Shown here piece by piece: positions 18,106 to 28,109 of a DNA stretch of 55,016 bases. The translations under genes and the position numbers were made by a program. Each line of letters begins with the position of its first letter. The stretch's first letter is position 1. The stretch comes from Myxococcota bacterium (GTDB lineage Bacteria > Myxococcota_A > UBA796 > CAJQPC01), in NCBI GenBank assembly GCA_036012755.1, contig DASCPX010000072.1, forward strand, positions 1 through 55,016, given 5' to 3'. The notes under the pieces were generated by a model. That model did no database searches, had not been told where the DNA came from, and worked only from the letters and a program-made list of their open reading frames with translations.

Positions 18106-19581
18106 ATGAAGCTGCCCGAGTACGACACCTGGGACGCATGCGAGATGGCCGAGCTCGTCGGCAAGGGCGAGGTCTCGATCGAGGACCTCGTCGAGGCCGC
18201 CATCGAGCGCATCGAGCTGCGCAATCCAGCCCTCAACGCGGTCGTGACCCCTCTGTTCGAGCGAGCTCGCGCCTCGCTGGACTCCTTGCCCGACGGTCCC
18301 TTCCGCGGGGTGCCGTTCTTGCTGAAGGACCTCAAGCAGTACCTGGCGGGGACACCGACGACGGGGAGCTGCAAGCTGCTCTTCGACTACACGCCGGAGG
18401 TCACCTCCACCCTCGCCCGGCGCTACGAGGAGGCAGGGCTGGTGGTGCTCGGCAAGACCAACACCCCCGAGTTCGGCATCATGGGCGTCACCGAGCCGGA
18501 GCTCCGCGGCCCCTGCCGCAACCCCTGGAACACGGACCGCACCCCTGGTGGCTCCAGCGGCGGCTCGGCCAGCGCCGTGGCCTCTCGCATGGTCCCGGTC
18601 GCACACGGCGGGGACGGCGGAGGCAGCATTCGCATCCCGGCCAGCTGCTGCGGTCTGTTCGGGCTCAAGCCCACTCGGGGCAGGGTGACCATGGCGCCCT
18701 CGCTGGGCGACGCCTGGGACGGCTTCGTGCAGGAGCATGTCCTTGCCCGCTCCGTGCGGGACAGCGCGGCGATGCTCGACCTGGCGGACGGGCCGACCCC
18801 CGGCGAGCCCTACGCGGCTCCCGCCAAGCTGCGTCCCTGGCGTGAAGAGGTCGGCACACCGCCTGGCAAGCTCAAGATCGGCTTCACCCGCGGCACGCTC
18901 TTCGCCGGTGAGAGCTCGCCGGAGGCCGTCGCTGCGGTCGACGACGCGGTCACCCTGCTGACCGAGCTGGGCCACGAACTGGTCGAGGCCACGCCGCCAT
19001 TTGACCGAGAGGACCTGGTCCACGCCTACTTCATCACGGTGGCCTCCCACACGGCCTGGTACGTCGAGGACGCGGCCCGCATCGCTGGCAAGAGGCCCTC
19101 GCCGGGGGACTTCGAGGCTCCCACCTGGCTGCTGGCGCAGATCGGCTGGAAGAGCTCGGCCCCGGAGCTCGTCGACGCCCGCATCACCATCCAGCGGGCG
19201 GCGCGGCAGGTCGGCGCATGGTTCGAGGACCATGACTGCTTCTTGTCCTCGACGATGGCGAGGCTGCCGGTCGGGATTGGTGAGATCGGCCTGTCCTCGG
19301 CGGACCGGCGGCAGCTGGCGCTCTTGCGCGCGGTGAACGTGAAGAGGCTCCTGGACCTCGCCCTGAACGAGCTCGGCACCAACGCCCTCGCGGCGACGCC
19401 GAACACGCAGCTCTTCAACCAGACAGGCCAGCCGGCGATGAGCGTGCCCCTGTACTGGACGGCCTCTGGCATGCCGGTGGGCGTGCAGATCGCCGGGCGC
19501 TTCGGTGACGAGGCGACGCTGTTCAGGCTCGCGGCGCAGCTTGAAGTGGCCAGGCCCTGGGCGCAGAGGGCGCCTGGCTGA
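18106..19581 (+). CDS. Amidase signature family enzyme
   Basis: [44 protein letters not shown]. Confidence 0.93.
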   Translation: MKLPEYDTWDACEMAELVGKGEVSIEDLVEAAIERIELRNPALNAVVTPLFERARASLDSLPDGPFRGVPFLLKDLKQYLAGTPTTGSCKLLFDYTPEVTSTLARRYEEAGLVVLGKTNTPEFGIMGVTEPELRGPCRNPWNTDRTPGGSSGGSASAVASRMVPVAHGGDGGGSIRIPASCCGLFGLKPTRGRVTMAPSLGDAWDGFVQEHVLARSVRDSAAMLDLADGPTPGEPYAAPAKLRPWREEVGTPPGKLKIGFTRGTLFAGESSPEAVAAVDDAVTLLTELGHELVEATPPFDREDLVHAYFITVASHTAWYVEDAARIAGKRPSPGDFEAPTWLLAQIGWKSSAPELVDARITIQRAARQVGAWFEDHDCFLSSTMARLPVGIGEIGLSSADRRQLALLRAVNVKRLLDLALNELGTNALAATPNTQLFNQTGQPAMSVPLYWTASGMPVGVQIAGRFGDEATLFRLAAQLEVARPWAQRAPG

Positions 19582-19586
19582 GACCC

Positions 19587-21509
19587 CTACTGGCGGTAGG
19601 CTGCGCAGCCCTCCGTCCAGCCCTGGCGGGCGCGCTCGTCGAGGTCCTCTTCGTCAGAGCAGCCCACCCAGCGGGCCCAGCCGCGGCCGAGGCCATCCCA
19701 GGTTCCCTGCTCGGTGATGCATGGGCCGACGTGGTCCTCGAAGGTGCCGACGTCGTCGCGGAAGATGGCCGGGGGGAGCTCGCCCTGGAGGCTCGTCTCG
19801 GCGATCCAGTCCTGGCCTCGCGCCGAGCAGGCCCCGGTGAAGACACGGGGATCCGCCAACAGGGTGCCCTCCGACTCGAAGAGCGCCCGCCAGGCGCGGC
19901 GACCCACGGCCTCGCCGAAGTCCTGGTCGAAGCCGTCGGGCATGGCGTCCAAGAGCGGGACGATGTCCGCGTGGACCTCGCCGTGCTCGCCGATCAGCGC
20001 CCGGGCGAAGCCGTTGGCGAGGTGCCTTCGGCTCTCCGTGTCCGACACGAAGCGGGAGGCGGTGTGGACGAGGACGACCACGTCCTCTGGACGCTCCGAC
20101 AGAGCCAGGCCGATCCGCCGTCCGGTCTCCGAGAGGTGGTCGTAGCGGCACTCGGGGAAGCGGTCTTCGTGGTCGGTCAGGAACTGGAAGGCGGCGCCGA
20201 GATCCTGGGGCCGTGACTGCTTGTCCCGGTTGCGCTGCGGTGGATCACCGCTGGGCACGGTCTGGTCCGTGCGACCGTCCGGTGCGTAGACCCGCACGTC
20301 CAGGAAGCCAGCCCTCAGCGGTCCCCACTTGCCCACGCGCAGGCCGATCCCGAGGCCAGCCGCCGCGACGACTCCGACGAGCGCGGCTCGACCGAACCAC
20401 CGCGGCGCCGTGCACGCCATCGCCGCGCCGAGGAACAGCAAGGGGATGAGGGGGGCCCGGTAGCGGAGGTGGAAGGTCGCGAACGCGATGTCCGAGGGGT
20501 TGTCGTCCCAGAGGTCGTAGCGCAGGGCGTAGGCCACCAGCAGCGCGGCCAGCGCCACCGCGGGGAACCAGGAGACCACTGGCTGATCGCGCCACCTGCG
20601 GATGACCAGGCCCATGCCCGCCAGCGCCGCCACCCACAAGACGAACCAGTACAGCGAGGGCAGGACGCCGAGGTCGCCGTACTCGACGACCAGGCGGCCC
20701 GCCATCGGGTTCACCTCCAGGGGCCAGAGGCCGTCGCGGAAGAAGGGGCCCCAGAGCCAGTCGGCCAGTCCGTCCAGGGGCGCGGGGGTGAACATGGAGA
20801 ACCAGTCGACGGCCTCTCCCTTGGCATAGGGGCGCGACTCGTGGACCCAGAACCAGGGGTAGGCGCCGAGGGCTCCGCCGAGGGCGAACAGGGGCGCGCC
20901 TCGCCACCACAACAGCACAGCGGCCACGGCGAGGGCGGGCACGGCGTGGACCGAGATGTGGGCGAACCAGAGCCCGAGTCCGGTCACCACCCCGCTGGCG
21001 ATGATGCAGAGGGCCTGCACCCATCGCCTCCGTCCGGCCCCGGCGGCCAACAGCGCCAGGGCGCCGAGGGTGAAGGCGGCGGACTCGGCGTGGTTGCCCC
21101 AGCCCGTGTGGATGAGGTCACGGTAGAAGCCCGGGGCGCCCAGCATGAGCAGGCACCAGGCGACCCCGGCCTTCCACGAGATGCGGTTGGCGACGAAAGC
21201 CCCGAGCGCCGTCACCAGCACGTGGAAGCCAAAGGGGATCAGCTTCCAGACCATCACCGTCGGCCCGAGCTCCGAGAACAGGGGCGCCGCCATCAGCGAC
21301 TCACCGGTGCAGCCGCCGCAGAAGGTGCGGTACTGCAGCGCCCACCATCGATCGAGGTGGCCGCATGCGAACTGGGCGCCGGCCCGGGCGTTGAAGCGCT
21401 CCTCCCAGTGGACGCGGGCCCAGGGGCCGAAGAGCAGGTCGATTCCGCTGGCGAGTGCCTCCAGCGCGACCAGCGCCCACACGAGCAGGCGCTGCCTCGA
21501 GCTAGTCAC
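19587..21509 (-). CDS. Polytopic membrane protein, GT-C/PMT-like glycosyltransferase candidate
   Basis: TM1 followed by acidic HWEE motif, about 10 further hydrophobic segments, soluble C-terminal domain. Confidence 0.55.
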   Translation of the reverse strand: MTSSRQRLLVWALVALEALASGIDLLFGPWARVHWEERFNARAGAQFACGHLDRWWALQYRTFCGGCTGESLMAAPLFSELGPTVMVWKLIPFGFHVLVTALGAFVANRISWKAGVAWCLLMLGAPGFYRDLIHTGWGNHAESAAFTLGALALLAAGAGRRRWVQALCIIASGVVTGLGLWFAHISVHAVPALAVAAVLLWWRGAPLFALGGALGAYPWFWVHESRPYAKGEAVDWFSMFTPAPLDGLADWLWGPFFRDGLWPLEVNPMAGRLVVEYGDLGVLPSLYWFVLWVAALAGMGLVIRRWRDQPVVSWFPAVALAALLVAYALRYDLWDDNPSDIAFATFHLRYRAPLIPLLFLGAAMACTAPRWFGRAALVGVVAAAGLGIGLRVGKWGPLRAGFLDVRVYAPDGRTDQTVPSGDPPQRNRDKQSRPQDLGAAFQFLTDHEDRFPECRYDHLSETGRRIGLALSERPEDVVVLVHTASRFVSDTESRRHLANGFARALIGEHGEVHADIVPLLDAMPDGFDQDFGEAVGRRAWRALFESEGTLLADPRVFTGACSARGQDWIAETSLQGELPPAIFRDDVGTFEDHVGPCITEQGTWDGLGRGWARWVGCSDEEDLDERARQGWTEGCAAYRQ

Positions 21510-22605
21510 TCGTCAGGTTGTCCGTCCCCGCCTTGATGTCGCCCTCGCCCCACTCCTTGTCCCGGAAGCGCTTCGCCGCAGCCTTCCTCTCCCGCTTCTC
21601 CTCCTGGAGCTCGACGAGGTGGTGGTGGGTCGTGAAGTAGGGCAGCGTGGCTCCCCGCATGGCCTCGACGGACTCGAAGCCGTGCTGCTCCATGAAGGCC
21701 TCGAGCCCCTCGGCCAACTCGCTCACCATGCCGAAGCCCTGGAGCATCGGGCCGGTGCAGGCCTGGACCGTGTTCGCGCCGACGAGGATGTGCTCGATGG
21801 CGTCCCTGCTGCAGGTCACCCCCCCGATGCCGCTGAGCGAGAAGCCAGGCAGATCCTGGGCGATCTCTGCGACCATCCGCAGGGCGATGGGCTTGACCGC
21901 CAGGTAGCTGTAGCCGCCGAAGGTGCTGTGGCCCTCGACCGTCGGCTGGGGCCGCAGGGTCTTCAGGTTGATGCCGATGCAGGCCAGGATCGTGTTGATC
22001 GCGGAGACCCCGGAGGCGCCGCCGGCCTTCGCCGCCCGCGCGGGTAGACGGATGTCGGTGATGTTGGGTGTCATCTTGGCCCAGACCGGGACCGAGACTG
22101 CGTCCACCACCCAGCTGGTCACCTCCTGCACCATCGGCGGGTCCTGGCCCATGGCCGCGCCCATGCCCCGCTCCGGGTGGCCGTGGGGGCAGCTGAAGTT
22201 CAGCTCGAGGGCGTCGCAGCCGGACTCGACGCAGCGCCCCGCCAGCTCCTGCCAGCGGTCCTTGGAATAGCTCTCCATGATCGAGCCGATGAGGATGCCC
22301 TCTGGGTGGGTGTCCTTCGTCTCGCGGTACCAGTCCTCCCAGTCCTCGAAGGGGGCGTCGCTGATGAGCTCGATGTTCTGGAAGCCGACGTTCTCCTTGC
22401 CGGCGGTGCGCAGCTTGCCGTAGCGAGGCTGCACGTTGATGACCTCTGTGTCGGTGAGGCTGGTGGTCTTGGCGACGACCCCGCCCCAGCCCGCGGCGAA
22501 GGCCTTGCACATGATCTTCGCGTTTGTGCTGGGGGGACCGGAGCCGATGACGAAGGGATTCGTGAACTGGAGGCCATCGACGTCGACGGCGAGCCTGGAA
22601 CTCAT
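21502..22605 (-). CDS. preA: Dihydropyrimidine dehydrogenase FMN subunit (PreA/PYD1-like), no C-terminal Fe-S domain
   Basis: NPFVIGSGPP, NIELIS, ELNFSCPHG, WAKMTPNITDI, AINT, GGYS..AVKPIAL, SGIGG. Confidence 0.88.
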   Translation of the reverse strand: MSSRLAVDVDGLQFTNPFVIGSGPPSTNAKIMCKAFAAGWGGVVAKTTSLTDTEVINVQPRYGKLRTAGKENVGFQNIELISDAPFEDWEDWYRETKDTHPEGILIGSIMESYSKDRWQELAGRCVESGCDALELNFSCPHGHPERGMGAAMGQDPPMVQEVTSWVVDAVSVPVWAKMTPNITDIRLPARAAKAGGASGVSAINTILACIGINLKTLRPQPTVEGHSTFGGYSYLAVKPIALRMVAEIAQDLPGFSLSGIGGVTCSRDAIEHILVGANTVQACTGPMLQGFGMVSELAEGLEAFMEQHGFESVEAMRGATLPYFTTHHHLVELQEEKRERKAAAKRFRDKEWGEGDIKAGTDNLTSD

Positions 22606-22619
22606 GCGAGCCTCGGAGC

Positions 22620-23795
22620 GTGAAGAAACGACAAGGTACTACGAGCCGCCTGTTTCGAGACTGCTGGGTCGGAGGCAGGCGGGCGGACCTCCTGGTCGAG
22701 GACGGCGTGATCGCTGCGATCGGCGCCATGGAGGGGCCCGCCGAGCTCGAAGGCGGCACGATCTGTCCTCCCCTCGCCGAGCCCCACGTGCACCTCGACG
22801 CCGCTCTCTTGGCGCGGGATGCGCCGAACCACAGCGGCACCCTGGAGGAGGGCATCGCCAACTGGGCGCGTCTCCGCGACGGCCTCGGAAAGGAGGACGT
22901 GAAGCGCCGCGCCCGCGAGACCATCGGCTGGTACCGCCGCTTTGGCTGCAGGCGAATCCGGACTCACGCCGACACCGGCTGCCTGGACAACGTCGAGGCC
23001 CTCGTCGAGCTCCGCGAGGAGGTCGCCAAAGAAGGCACCACCTTGCAGATCGTGGCCTTCCCCCAGGAGGGCATCCTGACCGGACAGCGCCGCGAGGAGC
23101 AGTGGCGAGAGGCGGTGGAGCTCGGCTGCGATGCCATAGGTGCCATCCCCCACTTCGAGCCGAGTCGGCCAGAGGGAGACCGCTCGCTGCGCCTGGCCAT
23201 CGAGCTCGCGGCCGAGCACGGCCTGGCCCTCGACGTGCACTGCGACGAGCGCGACTCCGGCGAGTTCCGCCACCTGGCGACCCTCTGCGCGCTGGCCAGG
23301 GAGCACCCAGGGGTCCACGTCGTCGCCGGACACTGCACGGCCATGCACTGCTGGCCCGACGAGCTCGCGGCAGAGGTAATCGAGGCGGTGGTCAGCTCCG
23401 GAGTGCTCGTCGTCACCAACCCGCTGGACAACATCGTGCTGCAGGGCAGGGGAGGCTACCCGCGCATCAGGGGGCACACCCGGGTCGACGAGCTCTGGGC
23501 CGCCGGCGCTTCTGTCGGCATCGGCCACGACTCGGTCATGGACCCCTGGTACGGCCTGGGCACAGCGAACCTGCTCGACGCCGCCTACGTGCTCGTCCAC
23601 TACGCCCACCTGAGCAGCCGCGAGCAGATGGTGCGCGCTTTTGGCGCCCTGTCCCACGAGAACCACGCCCCCTTCGGCTCGGTCCCCCGGCTCGAGGTCG
23701 GCGCCCCCGCGGAGTTCCTCTTCTTTCCGGCTCGAGATCCCCTCGAGGTCCTGCGGCTTCGACCACTACCGGTCATCATCGGCCCCGGCGCGTGA
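22620..23795 (+). CDS. codA: Cytosine deaminase (amidohydrolase fold)
   Basis: EPHVHLD, IRTHAD, QIVAFPQEG, GAIPHFE, DVHCDE, NPLDNIVLQGR, GHDSVMDPWY; start uncertain. Confidence 0.85.
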   Translation: MKKRQGTTSRLFRDCWVGGRRADLLVEDGVIAAIGAMEGPAELEGGTICPPLAEPHVHLDAALLARDAPNHSGTLEEGIANWARLRDGLGKEDVKRRARETIGWYRRFGCRRIRTHADTGCLDNVEALVELREEVAKEGTTLQIVAFPQEGILTGQRREEQWREAVELGCDAIGAIPHFEPSRPEGDRSLRLAIELAAEHGLALDVHCDERDSGEFRHLATLCALAREHPGVHVVAGHCTAMHCWPDELAAEVIEAVVSSGVLVVTNPLDNIVLQGRGGYPRIRGHTRVDELWAAGASVGIGHDSVMDPWYGLGTANLLDAAYVLVHYAHLSSREQMVRAFGALSHENHAPFGSVPRLEVGAPAEFLFFPARDPLEVLRLRPLPVIIGPGA

Positions 23796-25084
23796 TAGGC
23801 CGCGTCTCAGTGCCCGACAAACGCCTCCGGCGCTGGCAGGCGGCCATCTTCGTCTCGACGTGGGCGGCCTACGCCGGCTTCTACCTGACCCGCCGGAACT
23901 ACGCCGTCGCCCAGCCCGCGATCCTGCGGGAGTTCGGCTGGACCGAGACCGACGTCGGCGTCGTGATCACCCTGTACCTGACGGCCTATGCCATCGGGCA
24001 GTTCGTCCACGGCTGGCTCGGCGACCGCTTCGGGCCTCGACGCATGCTGGCCTTCGGCTTCGGCGCGACGATCCTGCTCAGCGTCGGCCTCGGCTTCCAG
24101 GGCAGCGTCCTGGGCTTCGGGTTGCTCTACGGGCTCAACGGCTTCGCCCAGTCGGCGGGCTGGCCCAACGTGACCAAGGCCATGACGATGTGGTTCCCCG
24201 CGGCAAATCGCGGGCGCGTGATGGGCATCTGGGGGACGAACTACTCCTTCGGAGACGCCTTCGCGACGGCCCTGGCCGCGTGGATGCTCGGGACCTGGGG
24301 CTGGCGGAGCGTCTTCTGGGGCCCGGCCATCGCCGGGCTCGGCGTCGCGGTCCTCGTCGTGTTGATCCTGCGAGATCGGCCAGAAGACGTCGGCCTGCCG
24401 CCTGTGCAGGTCTCGGAGCCCGTGGCCGAGTCCGAGCCGCTGTTGGAGTCCTTGAAGCCGCTCTTGGACACCCGCGTGCTCCGCCTGGGCGCCGCCTACT
24501 TCTGCCTCAAGTTCGTCCGCTACACCTTTGTCTTCTGGATCGGTCTCTACCTCGTCGGGCAGCTGGAGTTCACAGACGAGCAGGCCGGCTACCTCCAGGT
24601 GCCGTTCCCCCTCGCCGGGCTCCTCGGGAGCGTCGCGGCGGGCTTCGCCTCGGACCTGCTCTTCGACGCCCGTCGGGCGCCGGTGGCCGTGATCATGCTG
24701 ATCCTGCTGGGCGGCGCGCTTGGCCTGCTCCTGGCCCTGCCAACGGATCTGTCCACGGAGCCGATCCTCTTCGGCCTCGGGCTTCGGACCCTGGCCTTCG
24801 GCGGAACCCTGGCGCTCTGCGGCTTCATGCTCTACGGCCCCGACATGCTGGTGTCGGGGACCGCCGCGATGGACTTCGGCTCCACCAAGGCGGCCTCCCG
24901 TGTCGCCGGCTTCGTCAACGGCGTGGGGTCCATCGGCGCGGCGCTCAGCGGCGTGGTCATCGGCGTCGTCTCCGGCCACGGCTGGACGGCGGTCTTCGCG
25001 CTGTTGGTCGTCCTCGTCCTGGCCTGCACGGTGGTCACGGCGACCCTCTGGAACGCCCGGGACGAGAGCGCCGTCGAGGCCTGA
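23792..25084 (+). CDS. MFS transporter, organophosphate:Pi antiporter (GlpT/UhpT-like) family
   Basis: YAGFYLTRRN, GWLGDRFGPRR, NGFAQSAGWP, RGRVMGIWGT, YFCLKFVRY, GFVNGVGSIG; start GTG 23792 or 23810. Confidence 0.85.
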   Translation: MIGRVSVPDKRLRRWQAAIFVSTWAAYAGFYLTRRNYAVAQPAILREFGWTETDVGVVITLYLTAYAIGQFVHGWLGDRFGPRRMLAFGFGATILLSVGLGFQGSVLGFGLLYGLNGFAQSAGWPNVTKAMTMWFPAANRGRVMGIWGTNYSFGDAFATALAAWMLGTWGWRSVFWGPAIAGLGVAVLVVLILRDRPEDVGLPPVQVSEPVAESEPLLESLKPLLDTRVLRLGAAYFCLKFVRYTFVFWIGLYLVGQLEFTDEQAGYLQVPFPLAGLLGSVAAGFASDLLFDARRAPVAVIMLILLGGALGLLLALPTDLSTEPILFGLGLRTLAFGGTLALCGFMLYGPDMLVSGTAAMDFGSTKAASRVAGFVNGVGSIGAALSGVVIGVVSGHGWTAVFALLVVLVLACTVVTATLWNARDESAVEA

Positions 25085-25098
25085 GCCGGTAGAGTGCG

Positions 25099-26580
25099 AT
25101 GGTGATCTGGAAGGTCCTCGGCGTCGCCGCCTATCTCCTCTGCCTCGTCGCCATCGGGGTGGTGGCCTCCAGGCGCATGACCAGCGCGCGGTCCTATTTC
25201 GCCGGGGACAAGAGCTTCGGCTTCTGGGCCGGGGCCTTCTCGGCTCGGGCCACCGGCGAGTCGGCCTGGCTGTTGATCGGCCTCACGGGCATGGGCGCGC
25301 TGGTGGGGGTGAAGGCCTTCTGGGTGGTGCTCGGCGAGGTCCTCGGCGTGCTCGGGGCCTGGGCCCTGATGTGCGGGCCCTTCAAGCGCCTGACCGATCG
25401 CTACGACTCGATCACGATCCCCGACTACCTCGAGTCCCACTTCGGCGACTCGAAGAAGACCCTGCGACTCGTGGCGGCGGTTGCCCTGGTGGTCTTCGTG
25501 ACGATCTACGTCTCCGCGCAGATCGACGCGACCGGCACCGCCTTCGAGAGCTTCTTGGGCCTGAACTACTACACGGGCGCGCTCATCGGCTTCGGCGTGG
25601 TCTTGGCCTACATCGTCAGCGGCGGCTTCGTCGCCGTGGTCTGGTCCGATGTCTTCCAGGGCACCCTGATGTTCCTGGGGCTGGTGCTCTTGCCCATCGT
25701 CGGCGTCGTCTATGCGGGCGGTCCCGCCGAGGTCGTCGAGGGCCTCCGCGGCATCGACGCAAACCTGCTGTCCTCGACCGGCGGCGAGGGCTGGACGCTT
25801 TCGGTCACCGCCGAGATCATCGGCCTGTCCCTCATCGGTCTGGGCTTCCTGGGCTCGCCCCAGATCTTCGTGCGCTTCCTCTCGCTGAGGAGCGACCGCG
25901 AGGTCCTCCCTGGCGGCATCGTCGCCGTGATCTGGACGCTGTTCGCCGACTCCGGCGCGGTGCTCACCGGGCTCGTCGGACGCCACCTGCTGACCTCGAC
26001 CGGGCAGGACGTGGAGGTCGCGCTGGGAAACGGCGCCCAGGACGTGCTGCCGATGCTCAGCGAGCTGGTGTTGCCGCCTGTGCTGGTCGGGCTCGTCATC
26101 GCCATCGTGCTCTCGGCGATCATGTCGACGGTCGACTCGCTGCTGGTGCTCGCCTCCAGCGCCGCGATCCGCGACGTCTGGCAGAAGGTGCTCCACCCGG
26201 AGCTCCCGGACGAGGCGCTGGTCGGCCTCTCTCGCTTCGGCACCGCCGCTCTGGCCGCGTGCGCGCTGGGGGTCGCGCTGGGGGTCGCCGCTCTCGTACC
26301 CGGCCGGACCGTCTTCTGGTTCGTGATCTTCGGCTGGAGCGGCATCGCGGCCACCTTCTGTCCGACGATGATCCTCAGCCTCGGCTGGCGTGGCTTCGAC
26401 AAGAACGGGGCCCTGGCTGCGATGATCGTCGGCTTCGTCTCGGTGCCGCTCTACAAGTTCGGCGCCCCGGAGCTGCCAGGGCAGCTGGGGGTCTTCTTCG
26501 CCAACCTCGGCGAGCTCCCGCCCGCCTTCCTCACCTCGATGCTCGCGGGGGTGCTGGTGTCCCTCGTCAGCAGGAAGTGA
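25099..26580 (+). CDS. Sodium:solute symporter, PutP-like
   Basis: SARATGESAWLLIGL, ITIPDYL, GGFVAVVWSDVFQG, LGSPQIFVRF, SAIMSTVDS. Confidence 0.9.
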   Translation: MVIWKVLGVAAYLLCLVAIGVVASRRMTSARSYFAGDKSFGFWAGAFSARATGESAWLLIGLTGMGALVGVKAFWVVLGEVLGVLGAWALMCGPFKRLTDRYDSITIPDYLESHFGDSKKTLRLVAAVALVVFVTIYVSAQIDATGTAFESFLGLNYYTGALIGFGVVLAYIVSGGFVAVVWSDVFQGTLMFLGLVLLPIVGVVYAGGPAEVVEGLRGIDANLLSSTGGEGWTLSVTAEIIGLSLIGLGFLGSPQIFVRFLSLRSDREVLPGGIVAVIWTLFADSGAVLTGLVGRHLLTSTGQDVEVALGNGAQDVLPMLSELVLPPVLVGLVIAIVLSAIMSTVDSLLVLASSAAIRDVWQKVLHPELPDEALVGLSRFGTAALAACALGVALGVAALVPGRTVFWFVIFGWSGIAATFCPTMILSLGWRGFDKNGALAAMIVGFVSVPLYKFGAPELPGQLGVFFANLGELPPAFLTSMLAGVLVSLVSRK

Positions 26581-28050
26581 TCAGTAGAGGTTGCCCTTCC
26601 GCGCTCCGCCCGCGTGGTTGATGTAGATGGTCTTCTCCTCGGCATAGAACTTCCACGCGTCCGGGCCCATCTCGCGGGGGCCGACGCCGGTGTTCTTGAT
26701 GCCGCCGAAGGGCATGTGGGCCTCTCCTCCGATGGTGGGGTTGTTCACGTGGTTCATGCCCGTGTCGAGGTGCTGGATGACCTGGAAGGCCCGGGACAGA
26801 TCGCTCGTGAACACAGATCCCGTCAGGCCGAAGTCGACGGAGTTGGCTGCCTCGATGGCCTCTTGGGGCGAGCCGACGCGGATGACGCTCAGGACCGGGC
26901 CGAAGATCTCCTCTGTGGCGATGCGAGCGCTGGCCTCGACGTGGTCGAAGACGGTGGGGCAGGGGAAGTAGCCGCGGGACAGGTCGCCGTCCTGGAGCCT
27001 GGTCCCGCCGCAGCGGAGCTCTGCCTCCTCGCGGCCCACGCCCATGTAGCGGAGCACCTGGGCCAGCTGCCGCTCACTCACAGAGGGCCCCATGGTCGTG
27101 GCCGGGTCCAGGGGATGGCCGGCCTTCATGGAGCCAGCCGCCTCGACGACCGCGGAGACGAAGTCGTCTGCCACCTCGTGCATGACGATGGCCCTCGAGG
27201 TCGCCGTGCAGCGCTGACCGGTGGAGCCGAAGGCCCCCTTGGCGCAGGCCGCGGCTGCGGTGGCGACGTCAGCGTCGTCGAGCACGATCAGGGGGTTCTT
27301 GCCCCCCATCTCGCACTGGATGCGCTTGTGGAGGGCGCCGCAGCGTCCCTCGATCTGGAGGCCCACGCTGGTCGAACCGGTGAAGCTGATCGCCGCGACG
27401 TCCGGGTGCTCGATGAGCGCCATCGCCGGGTCGGCGTCACCGTGCACGACGTTCACGATGCCGTCGGGGATGCCCGCCTCCTGGCAGAGCTGGGCGATCT
27501 TGTGGGCGGTCGCCGGGGTCTCCGGGGCCGGCTTGAGCACGACCGCGTTGCCGCTGGCGATGGCCGGGGCGATCTTCCACAGGGGGATGCAGACGGGGAA
27601 GTTCCAGGGGGTGATGAGCCCGATCACGCCCAGCGGGCGCCACAGGGTCATCGCCAGGGCCCCCGGGGCCTCGCACTCGCTCGTGAGGCCGGTCATGCGA
27701 CGGCAGTCGCCGGCGGCGTAGGTCACGTAGCGGATGGTCTTCATCACCTCGCCCTTGGCCTCTGGCAGGATCTTGCCTTCCTCGAGGCTCAGGATCTCGG
27801 CGAGCTCGTCGGCGTCGCGCTCGAGCAGGCCCACCAGGCGGAACAGGGCCACGCCACGAGTCGGAGCCGGGGTCGCTGCCCAGGCGGGCTGGGCCTCCTT
27901 GGCGGCGGCGACGGCGGCCTCTGCCTCCTCGCGCCCGGAGTCCGGGGCGGTGCCGAGGTGCAACTCGGTGTCGGCCGGGCAGAGGTTGTCAGTGGTGCTG
28001 GCGCCGTCGACGAAGCGCCCTCCGATGAGGTTCTGGCAGCGGATGTCCAT
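26581..28050 (-). CDS. Aldehyde dehydrogenase
   Basis: ITPWNFP, FTGST, EMGGKN, GQRCTA, EEIFGPV, PFGG. Confidence 0.93.
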   Translation of the reverse strand: MDIRCQNLIGGRFVDGASTTDNLCPADTELHLGTAPDSGREEAEAAVAAAKEAQPAWAATPAPTRGVALFRLVGLLERDADELAEILSLEEGKILPEAKGEVMKTIRYVTYAAGDCRRMTGLTSECEAPGALAMTLWRPLGVIGLITPWNFPVCIPLWKIAPAIASGNAVVLKPAPETPATAHKIAQLCQEAGIPDGIVNVVHGDADPAMALIEHPDVAAISFTGSTSVGLQIEGRCGALHKRIQCEMGGKNPLIVLDDADVATAAAACAKGAFGSTGQRCTATSRAIVMHEVADDFVSAVVEAAGSMKAGHPLDPATTMGPSVSERQLAQVLRYMGVGREEAELRCGGTRLQDGDLSRGYFPCPTVFDHVEASARIATEEIFGPVLSVIRVGSPQEAIEAANSVDFGLTGSVFTSDLSRAFQVIQHLDTGMNHVNNPTIGGEAHMPFGGIKNTGVGPREMGPDAWKFYAEEKTIYINHAGGARKGNLY

Positions 28051-28109
28051 GACGTTCCTGTTTTTTCGGGGCGCGCATCATATCTTCCTCGACCGGCTTG
28101 GAGGCCTCG

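Noticed and set aside
22436..25084. 882-aa ORF as an extended MFS transporter
   Set aside because: The first half overlaps codA out of frame and is Arg/Pro-rich noise; the real start is near 23792-23810.
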